DNA of 64,000 nucleotides from a virus: IMG/VR virus record IMGVR_UViG_3300015242_000020, positions 32,001 to 96,000 of that record; one strand, 5' to 3'. Shown piece by piece: positions 35,750 to 45,714 of this stretch (position 1 is its first letter; each line of letters starts with the position of its first letter). The notes under the pieces were generated by a model. It saw only the letters and a program-made list of their open reading frames with translations, ran no database searches and was not told where the DNA came from. The position numbers and the translations under genes were made by a program.

Positions 35750-38700
35750 CAGTGCTGCTCTTCGGCGAGCAACTTCTCCTCGGAGGTCATGGCCGGCGGG
35801 GTGATGTGCTCGGGCACGACGGCAGCGTGCGTCACATCGCGGACCTGGGTAGAGGGATACCAGCCGCCACCGGAATCGGTCTCGATGTGATCGGGGTGCA
35901 GATAGACCTTCAGCAGCGCCGCGTTGTCCTTGCCGTGATTGGCCACCGCGTGATCCCAGGCACCCTGGGGATTGTCCGCAAAGTAGGTGCGGTGCGTGTT
36001 GCCTTTATCGATCTCCTCGATCGTGCCCTGGCCGCCCATCTCCCAGTTCGGCAGCCGAGGCTGGCGGAATCCACCGCTCCGGATATCGGCGGCACGACGC
36101 TTGGAGGTGCCATGCCAGTACGGACCGACCAGACCTGAAGCCTTGGCGTCGTCCTCGGACATGATCGGTCCGCGAGCGTTATGCCGGGATTCGTTCACCG
36201 GAACCAGGTCGCCGTATTCGTCGGGCCGCTCGGTGAGGTAGGGCGGCCACATGTCGGTGTGATCGGCGGTCTTCTCGCTCTCGGCAGGGTGCAGCACCAC
36301 ATGTAGCCTCGTGGTCTTGGCGAGAGTCTTGCCATCAATCGCGGCACGAAATGGAAAGTCATCGCGCATGTTGGCAGACTGCACCACGTACTTTCCTGGC
36401 GGCATGATGGCCTCGTGCAAGGTATTGCCGATCCCGCGTGAGTGATGCTGCCCCTGGATCTCATACACAACATGGCCGAACCCCGCCGCGACCTCCGGCC
36501 GCGTGGTGACAGAGGAGTTGCGGGCAAAGTTGATCATGGCACCAGGTTGATGCTTCTGAAGCAACGGCTTCCAGCCGGAGCGACCAGCAGAAAGCGCACC
36601 TCGGTACACGGTGTCGGGGACCTCGGGCGCGCCCTTCACCAGGTTGCGCATGCTCTTGCGCTCATCGCCGGACAGCAACTCACCGTTGCGCATCTTCTCC
36701 CAACGGCGGACTAGGTCTTCGTTCTCCGGGGAGAGCTGAGCGCGCCACTCCGCCCCTGCGCCTTTGGCATGCGCCTGATCATCCACAGTCTCCGAGGAAG
36801 TTTGTCCGACAATGACGTGATCCAGCAGGAAGCTCTCGGTACCGGCAGGCCCATCCACGGCTCCCAGCGTGTCCCTGACGGCCCAGCGCTCGCTCAATGC
36901 CTCCTGCACCGCTGCTGCCTCCGCTCGGGCCGCCACAACGCACTCACGGGTCTGGGCGAAGCCGATAGAGGGCAGGGCGACCTGGGCCTCGGCGGTAGCG
37001 GCGGCGTGCTGCTCCAGCCGGTCAGCGATCGCATCGAGCACGTCCACCACCTGCCCGGCGTAGGCCACAGCGGTCGGCATGCCGGTTACCTCGGGAGTCA
37101 GCGGAATGCCAGCCTGCTGTAGGTGGTCGGAGACGCTCAGATCAGGATCCTGAGCGGCGGTCTTGTGCCGGTGGTGCACGATCGTGTCGTAGCTGGCGTT
37201 GAACTGCGGGTGAAAGACCCCGTCCTCGGTGGCGTGCAGTTCGTCATGCACTTGCTTGGGGGATCGGCCGATGTCGCCCCGCTCGTAGCCGTGCTCATTG
37301 ATCAGATGCCAGCGCAGGTCGGAGTTGCCCTTGGGTGTGTCCAGCTCGTGCAGGGGATGACCGGGGTGGCCCTCGTACTTGGATGGGACGATGCCGACCT
37401 CAGTGGACTCGTCAGCGGAGAGTGCCGCCGTGTGGCGGATGCCCACGTCGCCGCTGATCGGCTGCCAGGTGTGCGCTCCGAGGTCGGACTGGGTCAGATC
37501 ATCGGCGTAGTCTATCTCGTGCCCAAGCTTGTCCATCCACTGTGGATCCGACGGGAGCGCGGCCTCCATGCTGGTGACGTGGACCGGAGCGCCGGGTTTG
37601 ATGAGCTTCTCGCTCTCGTTCTTGAAGTTCAGGCTGTTCCAGCCGTGCCCCTCTACCATCGCGTCCCGGAGCTTCTCCGGGTCTGTCTCGACGTGCTGAG
37701 GGTCGATCTGTCCATGCAGCATTACCGGCACCGTCATGGTGTTGTAGTACGGGAGATAAGTCCGTTGACCCTGCTCGGCGTTGTTCTTGTCACCATGCAT
37801 CGGACCCGCTCCGAAACCCTGGGCGATCTCCGGACGGGTGGTCCAGTGCGTGCCAATACCTTCCTGGCGCAACGCAAGGTTGCGTAGGTGCTCGTGCACG
37901 GCCGGCATGCCGCCCTGGGCATGGATGTCACGCAGTTCGTACGGATCGGTCTCGACCATTACCCCACGATGCAAAAGAGAAGCAGAAGCCGTCACGTACC
38001 GATCGCCCTCCGGCGGCCGGAGATCCACGATCTCACCAATGCCGTACTTGTCGTGGGTGATCACGCCGTCGTGGCCCTTGTCCATCAGGGCGTTGGAGAG
38101 CGCCTGACCGGTCAGCCCACCGTGCTGCTGTGAGAGCCGCTGCTTCCAGGCACCACCGTCGTGCTCAATGTGCAGAGGATTGGCGAAGGTGACGTCTCCG
38201 TGCTCCCAGCCCTCCGGTGGCGGGACATGCGGATCCTGCTCGGTGAGGTACTTGCCCCAGGGCTCGACGTCCTGGCTGAATCCGGGGACGTTGCGCATGC
38301 CGGAGTTGTTGCGCATGTAGTGGATCGTGGCGGCGGCGGTCTTGGGGTCGTGACTGCGATCGACGTCGACATTCTGTCCGGTGGTGGTGCGCCATTCGCC
38401 CAGCGAACCGAGCTGATAGCCCTGGGCGCCGGGCTTGGGGTGTGCTTTCACGATGCCGTGCTCGGCCGGGTTGGTAGCGGCAAAGCCGGCCAGGTCAGTG
38501 GAGAAAAATAGCGGGTCCGGATGCCCTCCGGCACCCTCCCGGAACGCGCTGAACCGCTTGTAGAGGTTAGCCGCGTCCTCGCGGCGTTCCTCGGGGCTCG
38601 CATCGCGTTGCCACAGCGTGTGCAGCTTTCCATTCGCACCCAGCGCGTCACTGTCGGGATGCGGAAGCCAGCCCGGCTCCTTGGCGTCCATCTCGTCCTG

Positions 38701-41058
38701 GCTGGCCAAGCCCTGCTTGATCTTCATCCCGTGCAGCGTGGCGTCCAGCTCTCGGGGAATCGGATCTCCCGGCTTCCAGGCCGAGTCGTAGTAATTGGCG
38801 ATGTCGGTGTGGAACGGCCGGCTGGTGCCCTCACCGCGCGCGGCGGAGTCCCACAAATTCTGCGGCGTGGTCTTTCCGGTCACCACGTTGTGAAACTCCT
38901 TGACCGAATGCAGGATGTTGCGGGCGGCCTGCGGTTCGTCGGTGTAGGAGATCGTGTCGTCCTCGCCACCGCCGAGGCCCTTGCCAAACTGCTGGGCCAG
39001 CTCGGCACGGGACTTCAGGCCCTGCTGGTGCACGGCGGGCACGTTGGTGGTGACGTGGTAGAGCGTCTTCGGCAGCGGCTTCCAGCTCAAGGCGCCGTTG
39101 CTCTGGTCGTGACCCAGCCCGCTGTAGCCCAGCTCCTGGGCATGCTCAGGACTGGTCTCTCCCATGGACAGCGAACGCCGAACATCATTGCGCCACTGAT
39201 GCCGATCGTTGCTGAAACGGTCGATGTCGTTGCCGTAATCCTCATACTTCGGCTCCGCTGACAGCGCCACCTTCACCGAGTGCCGGCCCTTGTCGCGGTC
39301 ATAGGAATTCGGCACCCGCACCGGGATCGTCGGATCTATCCAATGTGGAGTGTCAACGTCGAGCCGAATATCCTTACCGAACATCCGCTGGGCTTGCGCC
39401 TCATACTGCAGCGCGAGGGAGTGCGCGCACTGGCGGCCCTCGAATTTCTTCCACCTGCCGGTACGCCCCCAGGAATAGGCCGCCCACGCACAGCCACAAT
39501 TCCAGGCCCCCACGGTGCGGGAGCCGGGCACGAACACGATGTTGGTCTCATAGACGTTGGTGTCGCCCTGAACCTGACCGGTCAGCTCACCATTACGCCA
39601 GGCCAGAATCCGCACTCCACCAGACTTCCGGATGTCCTTGGCCTTCCGACGTACATCGGTCCAAGATGCCTGCACGTGAAAGAGGAAATCCGGCTCACCG
39701 GTATCCATGGCCTTGGTAGCGAATTTCATTGCTGAATCCCACAGCTTAGGCCACTCGAATTCTGGATCTTTGACGGTCGCGACCACCTCAGGCTGGGATT
39801 GCACTGGCCGGACCATATCCTCACTCGATTCGAATACCCTGTTGCGGCCCTTGTTCGGAGTGAAGCCAAACCCCCGGTAGAAATTCTGCAGCCGGGACTT
39901 GGTGCCGCCAAAGTCCGCTGAGGGGGTGAGGTCGACCCGCTTACCGTGTTGGTCAGCGTAATCGAGCAGATCCCGCATGTAGGCAGATCCCTTGCCCTGA
40001 CCGCGCCGGTCCTTGGGCACCACAATCTTGTTCAAAGTGAGCGAGTCGGGGCGTTCGGTCACGAAATGTTCGAGACCAGGATGACGAGCATCGAGATACT
40101 CCATCACTCCGGAATTCGCTGCAACCTTTGCAGCTTTGGCATGCTGGACCGGAACCTTCGGACCCCAGTACCCCTGCTCGGGGAGGTAATCGCCGGTCTG
40201 CTCGACATGCTCGGCCGGTACTTGGGCGGAGTAGACCGGCATGTCCTGGCTCGGGTCGGTCGGATGACGCCCAGCACTAGCGGCGTACTCCTTGGACAGT
40301 GAGACCCAATCCCCCGGATTGAAGTGTGTAGTGGATCCCGCCGGAGCGGACCGGTAAACCGTGACCATGCTGGAGCTGGGCTTCCCTCGCAGCTCGCGTA
40401 GTCGCTGCATGGTCTCGCCGATGCCGGGTTCGGATGTGTCGGCGTAATACTCCGGGTGGTCATAGGTGTCGGCAGGCAGCGCACTCTCACCACTGGTGAT
40501 GTCGGTGATCTTCGGACCGCGCTGTGGCCGATGGCTCATCCAGTATCCCTCGGCGGCCTGCTTGGCGGCAGTGTGCGGCATTGAGCTATTGAGGTTGTAG
40601 TGCACCCAGCCGTTGGCGTCGGCGGCAGGATGTGGCTCGTGCGGCCTCCAGGACACCCCCGTCACCTGGACATCCCGCCCCTTGCGTACGGGCACCTCCT
40701 GCTCCCAGTGCTCGGGGCCGTGCACCTCGCGACGGTTCAGCATAAAGGGGCGCGTTTCAATGTCCTCGGGCGCCGGGTGCTCGGCGTGCAGGACGATCGG
40801 CAGATCGCTGCTGCCCGTGCGGGGGCTCTTGCTCGCGAACTCCCGCGCCTGACCGAGATCGGTTGACCAGTGCATACCGAGGGCACGCCGGGATGTCTGA
40901 CTCAGAATCTTCTGGGCGATGTCCTCAGGAGATGCTGCGGGATCGTGGATGGCGTCATATGCCTTACCAGAGAGCCGGATAGAGATCCCCCGATGCACTG
41001 TTGGGGAAAACCCCTGCGCCCCGGTGATCAGCTCGGCGATGGCATCGATCTCGCTCAC
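35749..41058 (-). CDS. Giant multidomain protein: multiple ADP-ribosyltransferase-like domains, GNAT, SWIM finger
   Basis: HRG..WST..EQE; VYRGA..SSVT..HE; WHGT..YFA; LYHVT; RRGQGKG..FYRGFGF; CGC..CAH. Confidence 0.75.
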   Translation of the reverse strand: MSEIDAIAELITGAQGFSPTVHRGISIRLSGKAYDAIHDPAASPEDIAQKILSQTSRRALGMHWSTDLGQAREFASKSPRTGSSDLPIVLHAEHPAPEDIETRPFMLNRREVHGPEHWEQEVPVRKGRDVQVTGVSWRPHEPHPAADANGWVHYNLNSSMPHTAAKQAAEGYWMSHRPQRGPKITDITSGESALPADTYDHPEYYADTSEPGIGETMQRLRELRGKPSSSMVTVYRSAPAGSTTHFNPGDWVSLSKEYAASAGRHPTDPSQDMPVYSAQVPAEHVEQTGDYLPEQGYWGPKVPVQHAKAAKVAANSGVMEYLDARHPGLEHFVTERPDSLTLNKIVVPKDRRGQGKGSAYMRDLLDYADQHGKRVDLTPSADFGGTKSRLQNFYRGFGFTPNKGRNRVFESSEDMVRPVQSQPEVVATVKDPEFEWPKLWDSAMKFATKAMDTGEPDFLFHVQASWTDVRRKAKDIRKSGGVRILAWRNGELTGQVQGDTNVYETNIVFVPGSRTVGAWNCGCAWAAYSWGRTGRWKKFEGRQCAHSLALQYEAQAQRMFGKDIRLDVDTPHWIDPTIPVRVPNSYDRDKGRHSVKVALSAEPKYEDYGNDIDRFSNDRHQWRNDVRRSLSMGETSPEHAQELGYSGLGHDQSNGALSWKPLPKTLYHVTTNVPAVHQQGLKSRAELAQQFGKGLGGGEDDTISYTDEPQAARNILHSVKEFHNVVTGKTTPQNLWDSAARGEGTSRPFHTDIANYYDSAWKPGDPIPRELDATLHGMKIKQGLASQDEMDAKEPGWLPHPDSDALGANGKLHTLWQRDASPEERREDAANLYKRFSAFREGAGGHPDPLFFSTDLAGFAATNPAEHGIVKAHPKPGAQGYQLGSLGEWRTTTGQNVDVDRSHDPKTAAATIHYMRNNSGMRNVPGFSQDVEPWGKYLTEQDPHVPPPEGWEHGDVTFANPLHIEHDGGAWKQRLSQQHGGLTGQALSNALMDKGHDGVITHDKYGIGEIVDLRPPEGDRYVTASASLLHRGVMVETDPYELRDIHAQGGMPAVHEHLRNLALRQEGIGTHWTTRPEIAQGFGAGPMHGDKNNAEQGQRTYLPYYNTMTVPVMLHGQIDPQHVETDPEKLRDAMVEGHGWNSLNFKNESEKLIKPGAPVHVTSMEAALPSDPQWMDKLGHEIDYADDLTQSDLGAHTWQPISGDVGIRHTAALSADESTEVGIVPSKYEGHPGHPLHELDTPKGNSDLRWHLINEHGYERGDIGRSPKQVHDELHATEDGVFHPQFNASYDTIVHHRHKTAAQDPDLSVSDHLQQAGIPLTPEVTGMPTAVAYAGQVVDVLDAIADRLEQHAAATAEAQVALPSIGFAQTRECVVAARAEAAAVQEALSERWAVRDTLGAVDGPAGTESFLLDHVIVGQTSSETVDDQAHAKGAGAEWRAQLSPENEDLVRRWEKMRNGELLSGDERKSMRNLVKGAPEVPDTVYRGALSAGRSGWKPLLQKHQPGAMINFARNSSVTTRPEVAAGFGHVVYEIQGQHHSRGIGNTLHEAIMPPGKYVVQSANMRDDFPFRAAIDGKTLAKTTRLHVVLHPAESEKTADHTDMWPPYLTERPDEYGDLVPVNESRHNARGPIMSEDDAKASGLVGPYWHGTSKRRAADIRSGGFRQPRLPNWEMGGQGTIEEIDKGNTHRTYFADNPQGAWDHAVANHGKDNAALLKVYLHPDHIETDSGGGWYPSTQVRDVTHAAVVPEHITPPAMTSEEKLLAEEQH

Positions 41059-41363
41059 AGCACCGCCTCCACCGTCTTAATACTCGTGATCATGTCCGAG
41101 CCCACCACGATCCGACCGGGGAAGCCGACGCGCTGCTCACCGGTGGGATCCTCGCGGCGAATCTTGAAGTTGGACTCCAGCGACAGCGTGTCGGCCATGT
41201 CGAATGCCACCAACTCGGCTTCGATCTGATCCTCAGCTTCGACCCAGACGTACCGGGTGAACTTGTCGTAGTGCAGGTAGGGAGGCACGCAAGGACCGGC
41301 CTCGGGGGTCGCCATCCCGTGGCGACGTACCCCGAAGCCGATCTTCACGCAGTATCTCGACAC
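41055..41363 (-). CDS. Hypothetical protein (possibly leaderless)
   Basis: TAGGAT-N6-GTG. Confidence 0.5.
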   Translation of the reverse strand: MSRYCVKIGFGVRRHGMATPEAGPCVPPYLHYDKFTRYVWVEAEDQIEAELVAFDMADTLSLESNFKIRREDPTGEQRVGFPGRIVVGSDMITSIKTVEAVL

Positions 41364-41382
41364 CCACCTATCCTAAGCTTCC

Positions 41383-41667
41383 TTAGAGGTCTTCGTATAC
41401 CTTTTCCGGCCAGTGCCAAGACCCGCCGTCGTAGGGCTCGCTGCTGCCCTCCGGCAGCGACTGCTGGTGGCAGCCACCTTCGGCCAGTGAGTGGAAGAAA
41501 AACCCAGTGGGGTTGAGCGCTACCAGACCGATGAGCCCAGGATCGTGCTCGTCCACCTCGGTGATGACCGCCGCTCGACACTGCCGGGTGTACTGCTGCG
41601 TCCCATCCGCGCGCAACGGCGAGCCCACCGACACGTAGTGCACTATCCGACCCACGGATGGCTTCAT
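41383..41667 (-). CDS. Conserved small phage protein
   Basis: MKPSVGRIVHYV...RAAVIT...GSWHWP. Confidence 0.7.
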   Translation of the reverse strand: MKPSVGRIVHYVSVGSPLRADGTQQYTRQCRAAVITEVDEHDPGLIGLVALNPTGFFFHSLAEGGCHQQSLPEGSSEPYDGGSWHWPEKVYEDL

Positions 41668-43574
41668 TGACCCTCGATCCCTAGAAAGTCCAGCACGTCG
41701 TGCGGGTCGGCATCGGAGGCAAAGTAGGCCCGGCGCAGGCCGGCCTGAATGTAGACCGTCTTGCCCTCTCCGACGTCATACAGCGCGAGCTGGTGGGCAT
41801 TGCGACCGACCTGCTTGGCCTTCTCGAAATCCGGATAGTGATGGCTGACGTCGAGATAGACCTTCTTCGACTCCGGGTCATGCCAGGCACCGAAGTAGGC
41901 GTTCGGTGAGGCCAGCTCCTTCTGATGCTGATCCAGGTAGCCCTGAATGTGCTGCGGGCCGAATCCACCCTCCGGAAAGGCCTGCTCAGTGGACTTGTTC
42001 TTGCTGACCATGTAGCCGGCCTTGGGGCCATCCCCGAGGTGGTCCTTGACCGAGAATCCGCCGTTCTTGTGGATGGCGTCGATCAGCTCGCGCGGAGCCA
42101 ACAGGGCCTCGACGGTTGCGTCGGGATCTTGGTCTCCACGGAGTGCCGCAATCTCGGCCTGCAGGATCGCGTGCGCCTTCCCAGCGTGAGCCGGCAGGAT
42201 ATGGAAGGTGATGCCGGGCTTACCTTCTGTCTCGGTGGATGCGCCAGTGGACCGGATGAACTCGACCTCAGAGTCAGGGATCTCCTCGGGGCTCGGATAA
42301 GACTTCGACCGCGCCCGATGCGTCTGTACGTACCAACCGTCGTCGTCCTGCATCGGTCCACCGACCTCAGCAAAACGCGGGTCCTTAGCGGCCACACCCA
42401 GCTGACGGGCGTTCGGGCCGGGCTCAGAGATCGGGCACTGAGACTGCTGATTCCAGTCCCGGCCGCAACGCCCCCGCATCTGGGGTACCCAGCGGGCCTG
42501 CCCGGTCTGCAAGGTCTTTTGGACGTCGAGATTCTTCGGGAATATGCAGCGCTGGTTGAAGCGGAATTTGCACCAGTCGTAATTCACTCCGGACGCGGGA
42601 GGATTACCAAAGAAACCGGACCAAAAACCGGCCTCTTTGCTGGCTGCGAGCTGCTGGTCGAACTGGTCTTCGGTCGTATCGGCCTCTGGGTCCTCTCCAG
42701 CCGACTCGTCATACTGCTCGCCCGCACCGGTGAGCGGGTAGTGCGTCCAGTCATCTCCCTGAGCCAGTACCAGGGACGGGATCTGAAACTGAGTCGGCTC
42801 GACCGGATCGGGGGCGGGCTCTCCCTCTAGCAGGTAGGTGCGGGTGCTGTGCGGAGTGAAACCGTGGTCATGGGCGACATCGACCCCGGCGGCCTCCAGC
42901 GCGGTCACCAGTGAGCCATGCAGCGACGGCAGCACGTCGCCGGGGGCGTCCACCGGAGCGTAATGCGGCACACCATCCTCGCCGGCCGGAAACTGACCCG
43001 CACCTCCGACGGAGGCATCGATCGGGCCGAGCATGCCGGCGTGGTTGGCCACCACGTCATGGGCTGCGGCCAGCTGCTCGGGGCTGGGGCTGGGCAGATA
43101 GGCCAGCGTGACGTGCATCTGCTCCGGCGGCAGCCCACCAGGAACGGCAATCTTGCTGGCCACCTCCGGTGGGATGGGCAGCGCGACCATGGCCGAGTGG
43201 GAGTGATCTCCCCCGTCATCGGCCTGCTTGTGTAGCGCGGTCACCGCGCCGTAAAGCGCGTCGGCACCGGTGAGCAGACCGGCCAGGTATTCCACGGCGG
43301 AAATGGAGTGCGGTGGTGGTGGCTTGCGGTCCAGGATGTCGCCCAGCTCGGGGTAGGACTCTGTGGCCACCTCGGCAGTCTTGGATGCCGTGCGCGGTCG
43401 CAGCTCCTGCGAGGAGTACGTGCCACCACCGAGATTGTTGTCGAGGGTCACCTCGTAATGCTCATTCCCGGGCCCTGGGCCGTCCAGGACGGCCTCCACG
43501 GTGCCGGGGTAGCCCTCTACCGTGGTGACGGCATCTCCGGGCCTGTGGCTCCACCACAACTCACTGTTCACCAC
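41664..43574 (-). CDS. Multidomain protein with 2H phosphoesterase domain
   Basis: MHVTLAYL...FTPHSTRTY (two HxT motifs); Cys-rich domain; further C-terminal domain. Confidence 0.75.
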   Translation of the reverse strand: MVNSELWWSHRPGDAVTTVEGYPGTVEAVLDGPGPGNEHYEVTLDNNLGGGTYSSQELRPRTASKTAEVATESYPELGDILDRKPPPPHSISAVEYLAGLLTGADALYGAVTALHKQADDGGDHSHSAMVALPIPPEVASKIAVPGGLPPEQMHVTLAYLPSPSPEQLAAAHDVVANHAGMLGPIDASVGGAGQFPAGEDGVPHYAPVDAPGDVLPSLHGSLVTALEAAGVDVAHDHGFTPHSTRTYLLEGEPAPDPVEPTQFQIPSLVLAQGDDWTHYPLTGAGEQYDESAGEDPEADTTEDQFDQQLAASKEAGFWSGFFGNPPASGVNYDWCKFRFNQRCIFPKNLDVQKTLQTGQARWVPQMRGRCGRDWNQQSQCPISEPGPNARQLGVAAKDPRFAEVGGPMQDDDGWYVQTHRARSKSYPSPEEIPDSEVEFIRSTGASTETEGKPGITFHILPAHAGKAHAILQAEIAALRGDQDPDATVEALLAPRELIDAIHKNGGFSVKDHLGDGPKAGYMVSKNKSTEQAFPEGGFGPQHIQGYLDQHQKELASPNAYFGAWHDPESKKVYLDVSHHYPDFEKAKQVGRNAHQLALYDVGEGKTVYIQAGLRRAYFASDADPHDVLDFLGIEGQ

Positions 43575-45714
43575 TGGCCTGCTCCTGCTCTACGTCGTCC
43601 TCGGGGGTGAGGTGCCGAGGGTGCCGGCGGGATCCGAGATGCGTGGGATCACTAAGAAACCTTAGACTACCCGTCGGTCGGGGCATGCCGGCGCGCATCT
43701 CATCCGACTCTGGCGGGCGAGCCTGATTACGGGGCAGCGGGATCAGCTGACCACCTGCGGTGTCCTCCTGTGCTCCGCCCGGTCCGGCCGGTAGAGCCAG
43801 TGGCACCCCCGGAGGCTGCATCAGCTCACCCGGCGTCGCCGCCAGGTTGGGGGTGGTCGGGTCATCCACCCCCAGCTGCGGCATCCGAGTGGGGTCAGAG
43901 GCGGGGGCGCCACCGGGCGGTGCCATGCCCATCTGCATGTCGGGCTGCAGGATGGCGTCTTGGGCCTGCTGCTGCTTTTCGATCTCGTCGTGGTTGATCA
44001 CCTTGGGCTCGAAGTCCTGGGCCAAATCATCCGGCACCGGCAGACCCTTGGCGCGCAGCGTCAGGTAGGTCTCCTTGCGGGTCTCCTGCTCCTCCACCGC
44101 GAGCTGCACTCGCTCATCCCGGGATAGATCTATCTCATCCTGCAGGTTCAGTCCGGCCTGATTCATGGCCTTCATCCGGGTCTGCATGGAGATCGGCACT
44201 CCGGCCGCACGCAGCGCCTCGATGAAACCGATCCGGTCAGTTTCGGACTTCATCGACATCGAAGCCATCTGCACATCGGGCACCAGCAGCTTGGGCTGCT
44301 CCTCGATCACCCGCTGGCCATCCTCGGTGATCACCAGGACCTCTTCGTTGATCACGTACCGCTTGCCGTTGCGCTCGTCGTAGTCGTAGTGCTCCTGGGC
44401 CTCGGCGACCACCGTCATGCGCTCTTTTAGGAAGCGCTTCAGCTTGCGCTGGTAGGTGGTCAGCAGCTGGCTGATCAGGTCCCGGTTCAGCGCATCGGCA
44501 GCATAGGTCTGACCCTGGGAGGCACCCGAGAGCATCGTCTCCGACAGCCCGAAGGTCTGCAGCTTCCGTTCCTTGAGCCGGTCGAAGTCATTGTCCAGGT
44601 TCGGCATGTTCTCCCGGCCGAAGACACTCGACATCTCCACCGCGAAGTGGGTGGCCAGCACCCGGAAGTCAGCGGCGAGGGCGGCATCGACGTCGGCCAG
44701 AAAGTTCTGCAGGTCCCCCTGGCTCGGCACCCATGGTCGCTCGGTCCCCAGGTCGGTGGCGCTGGCGCCGATCCGGGCGTGGATCAGCGGAGTGTAAAAC
44801 CGGCTGGCAATGGCGTCCTGGGCGGCGTTGAGCATCTCCTCTTGGATGCAGGGGCGCAGCGCGCGCAGCAGGATCGGCAGGCCCCGGGGGTTGAACGTGT
44901 CACCGGTGAATTTGATCTGCTTCAGCAGGGTGTTGGAGACCGGCATCTTCCGGTCAATACCCAGGGCGAAATCCTTCAGCTCCGGGTAGGCCTGAATCAG
45001 CGACTCGTATTCCCATTTCGGGTCCTTGGTCTGCAGCACCCGACGAAAGGATTCCGGCAGTGTCATAAAGAATCGAGGCTGCCGCAGAAACGGGCTTTTC
45101 TCCACCGTGATGTCATCGGGCTGAATCAGCTCGTCGGACTCCCAGATGCCGAGAGTCTCATCGAAGTACGCCATCGGCCATGCCTCACCGACGGTCCAGT
45201 ATTCCCGGCCGATGGACTCCAGGTATTCCTCGTAATTGAGGTCGTCCTCGTCGAAGAGCAGCGACGTGTAGAAATCCACCAGCTGGGAGGACTTGCAGTT
45301 CAGCTCGATCCCCAGCACCGGGTACTTGGAGTACACGTCGATGCAGGAGGCCAGGATCGGGTCCGACCGGTAGATAAACCGGCACCATTCGCGCAGCTCG
45401 ATGAGTACCTTTTCGTCGTCGACGTCATAGGGCATGCCGGACTCGCGCCAGTAAAACATCGGGTCCAGCGGGCGCTGGGTGGCGAAGGAGTAGTTGGAGC
45501 CCGAGCCGGAGCTGGTCGCGGCGGCGAACTTCTGGTTGGTGCGCCGCACCTGGGCAGCATGGTGCAGCTCACCGGGGTCGGCCGAGATCGAGCCCTGCTT
45601 GCCCAGCTGCAGAGCGCGCTGTACGTCGGAGGCACCCCGAGCCACCAGGATCGAGGTCTCGGGGTTACTGCGCCGGCCCATGCCCCGGCGGTCGGTGACC
45701 TCAAAGTCAGCCAC
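43561..45714 (-). CDS. Portal protein
   Basis: WCRFIYRSDPILASCID...REYWTVGEAWP...RGLPILLRAL; size and position. Confidence 0.8.
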   Translation of the reverse strand: MADFEVTDRRGMGRRSNPETSILVARGASDVQRALQLGKQGSISADPGELHHAAQVRRTNQKFAAATSSGSGSNYSFATQRPLDPMFYWRESGMPYDVDDEKVLIELREWCRFIYRSDPILASCIDVYSKYPVLGIELNCKSSQLVDFYTSLLFDEDDLNYEEYLESIGREYWTVGEAWPMAYFDETLGIWESDELIQPDDITVEKSPFLRQPRFFMTLPESFRRVLQTKDPKWEYESLIQAYPELKDFALGIDRKMPVSNTLLKQIKFTGDTFNPRGLPILLRALRPCIQEEMLNAAQDAIASRFYTPLIHARIGASATDLGTERPWVPSQGDLQNFLADVDAALAADFRVLATHFAVEMSSVFGRENMPNLDNDFDRLKERKLQTFGLSETMLSGASQGQTYAADALNRDLISQLLTTYQRKLKRFLKERMTVVAEAQEHYDYDERNGKRYVINEEVLVITEDGQRVIEEQPKLLVPDVQMASMSMKSETDRIGFIEALRAAGVPISMQTRMKAMNQAGLNLQDEIDLSRDERVQLAVEEQETRKETYLTLRAKGLPVPDDLAQDFEPKVINHDEIEKQQQAQDAILQPDMQMGMAPPGGAPASDPTRMPQLGVDDPTTPNLAATPGELMQPPGVPLALPAGPGGAQEDTAGGQLIPLPRNQARPPESDEMRAGMPRPTGSLRFLSDPTHLGSRRHPRHLTPEDDVEQEQASGEQ

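Noticed and set aside
29180-45714. Inteins in the protease, polyproteins or portal; terminase gene
   Set aside because: No C...HN-C/S/T splice motifs or LAGLIDADG, and no Walker A/terminase motifs in the window.
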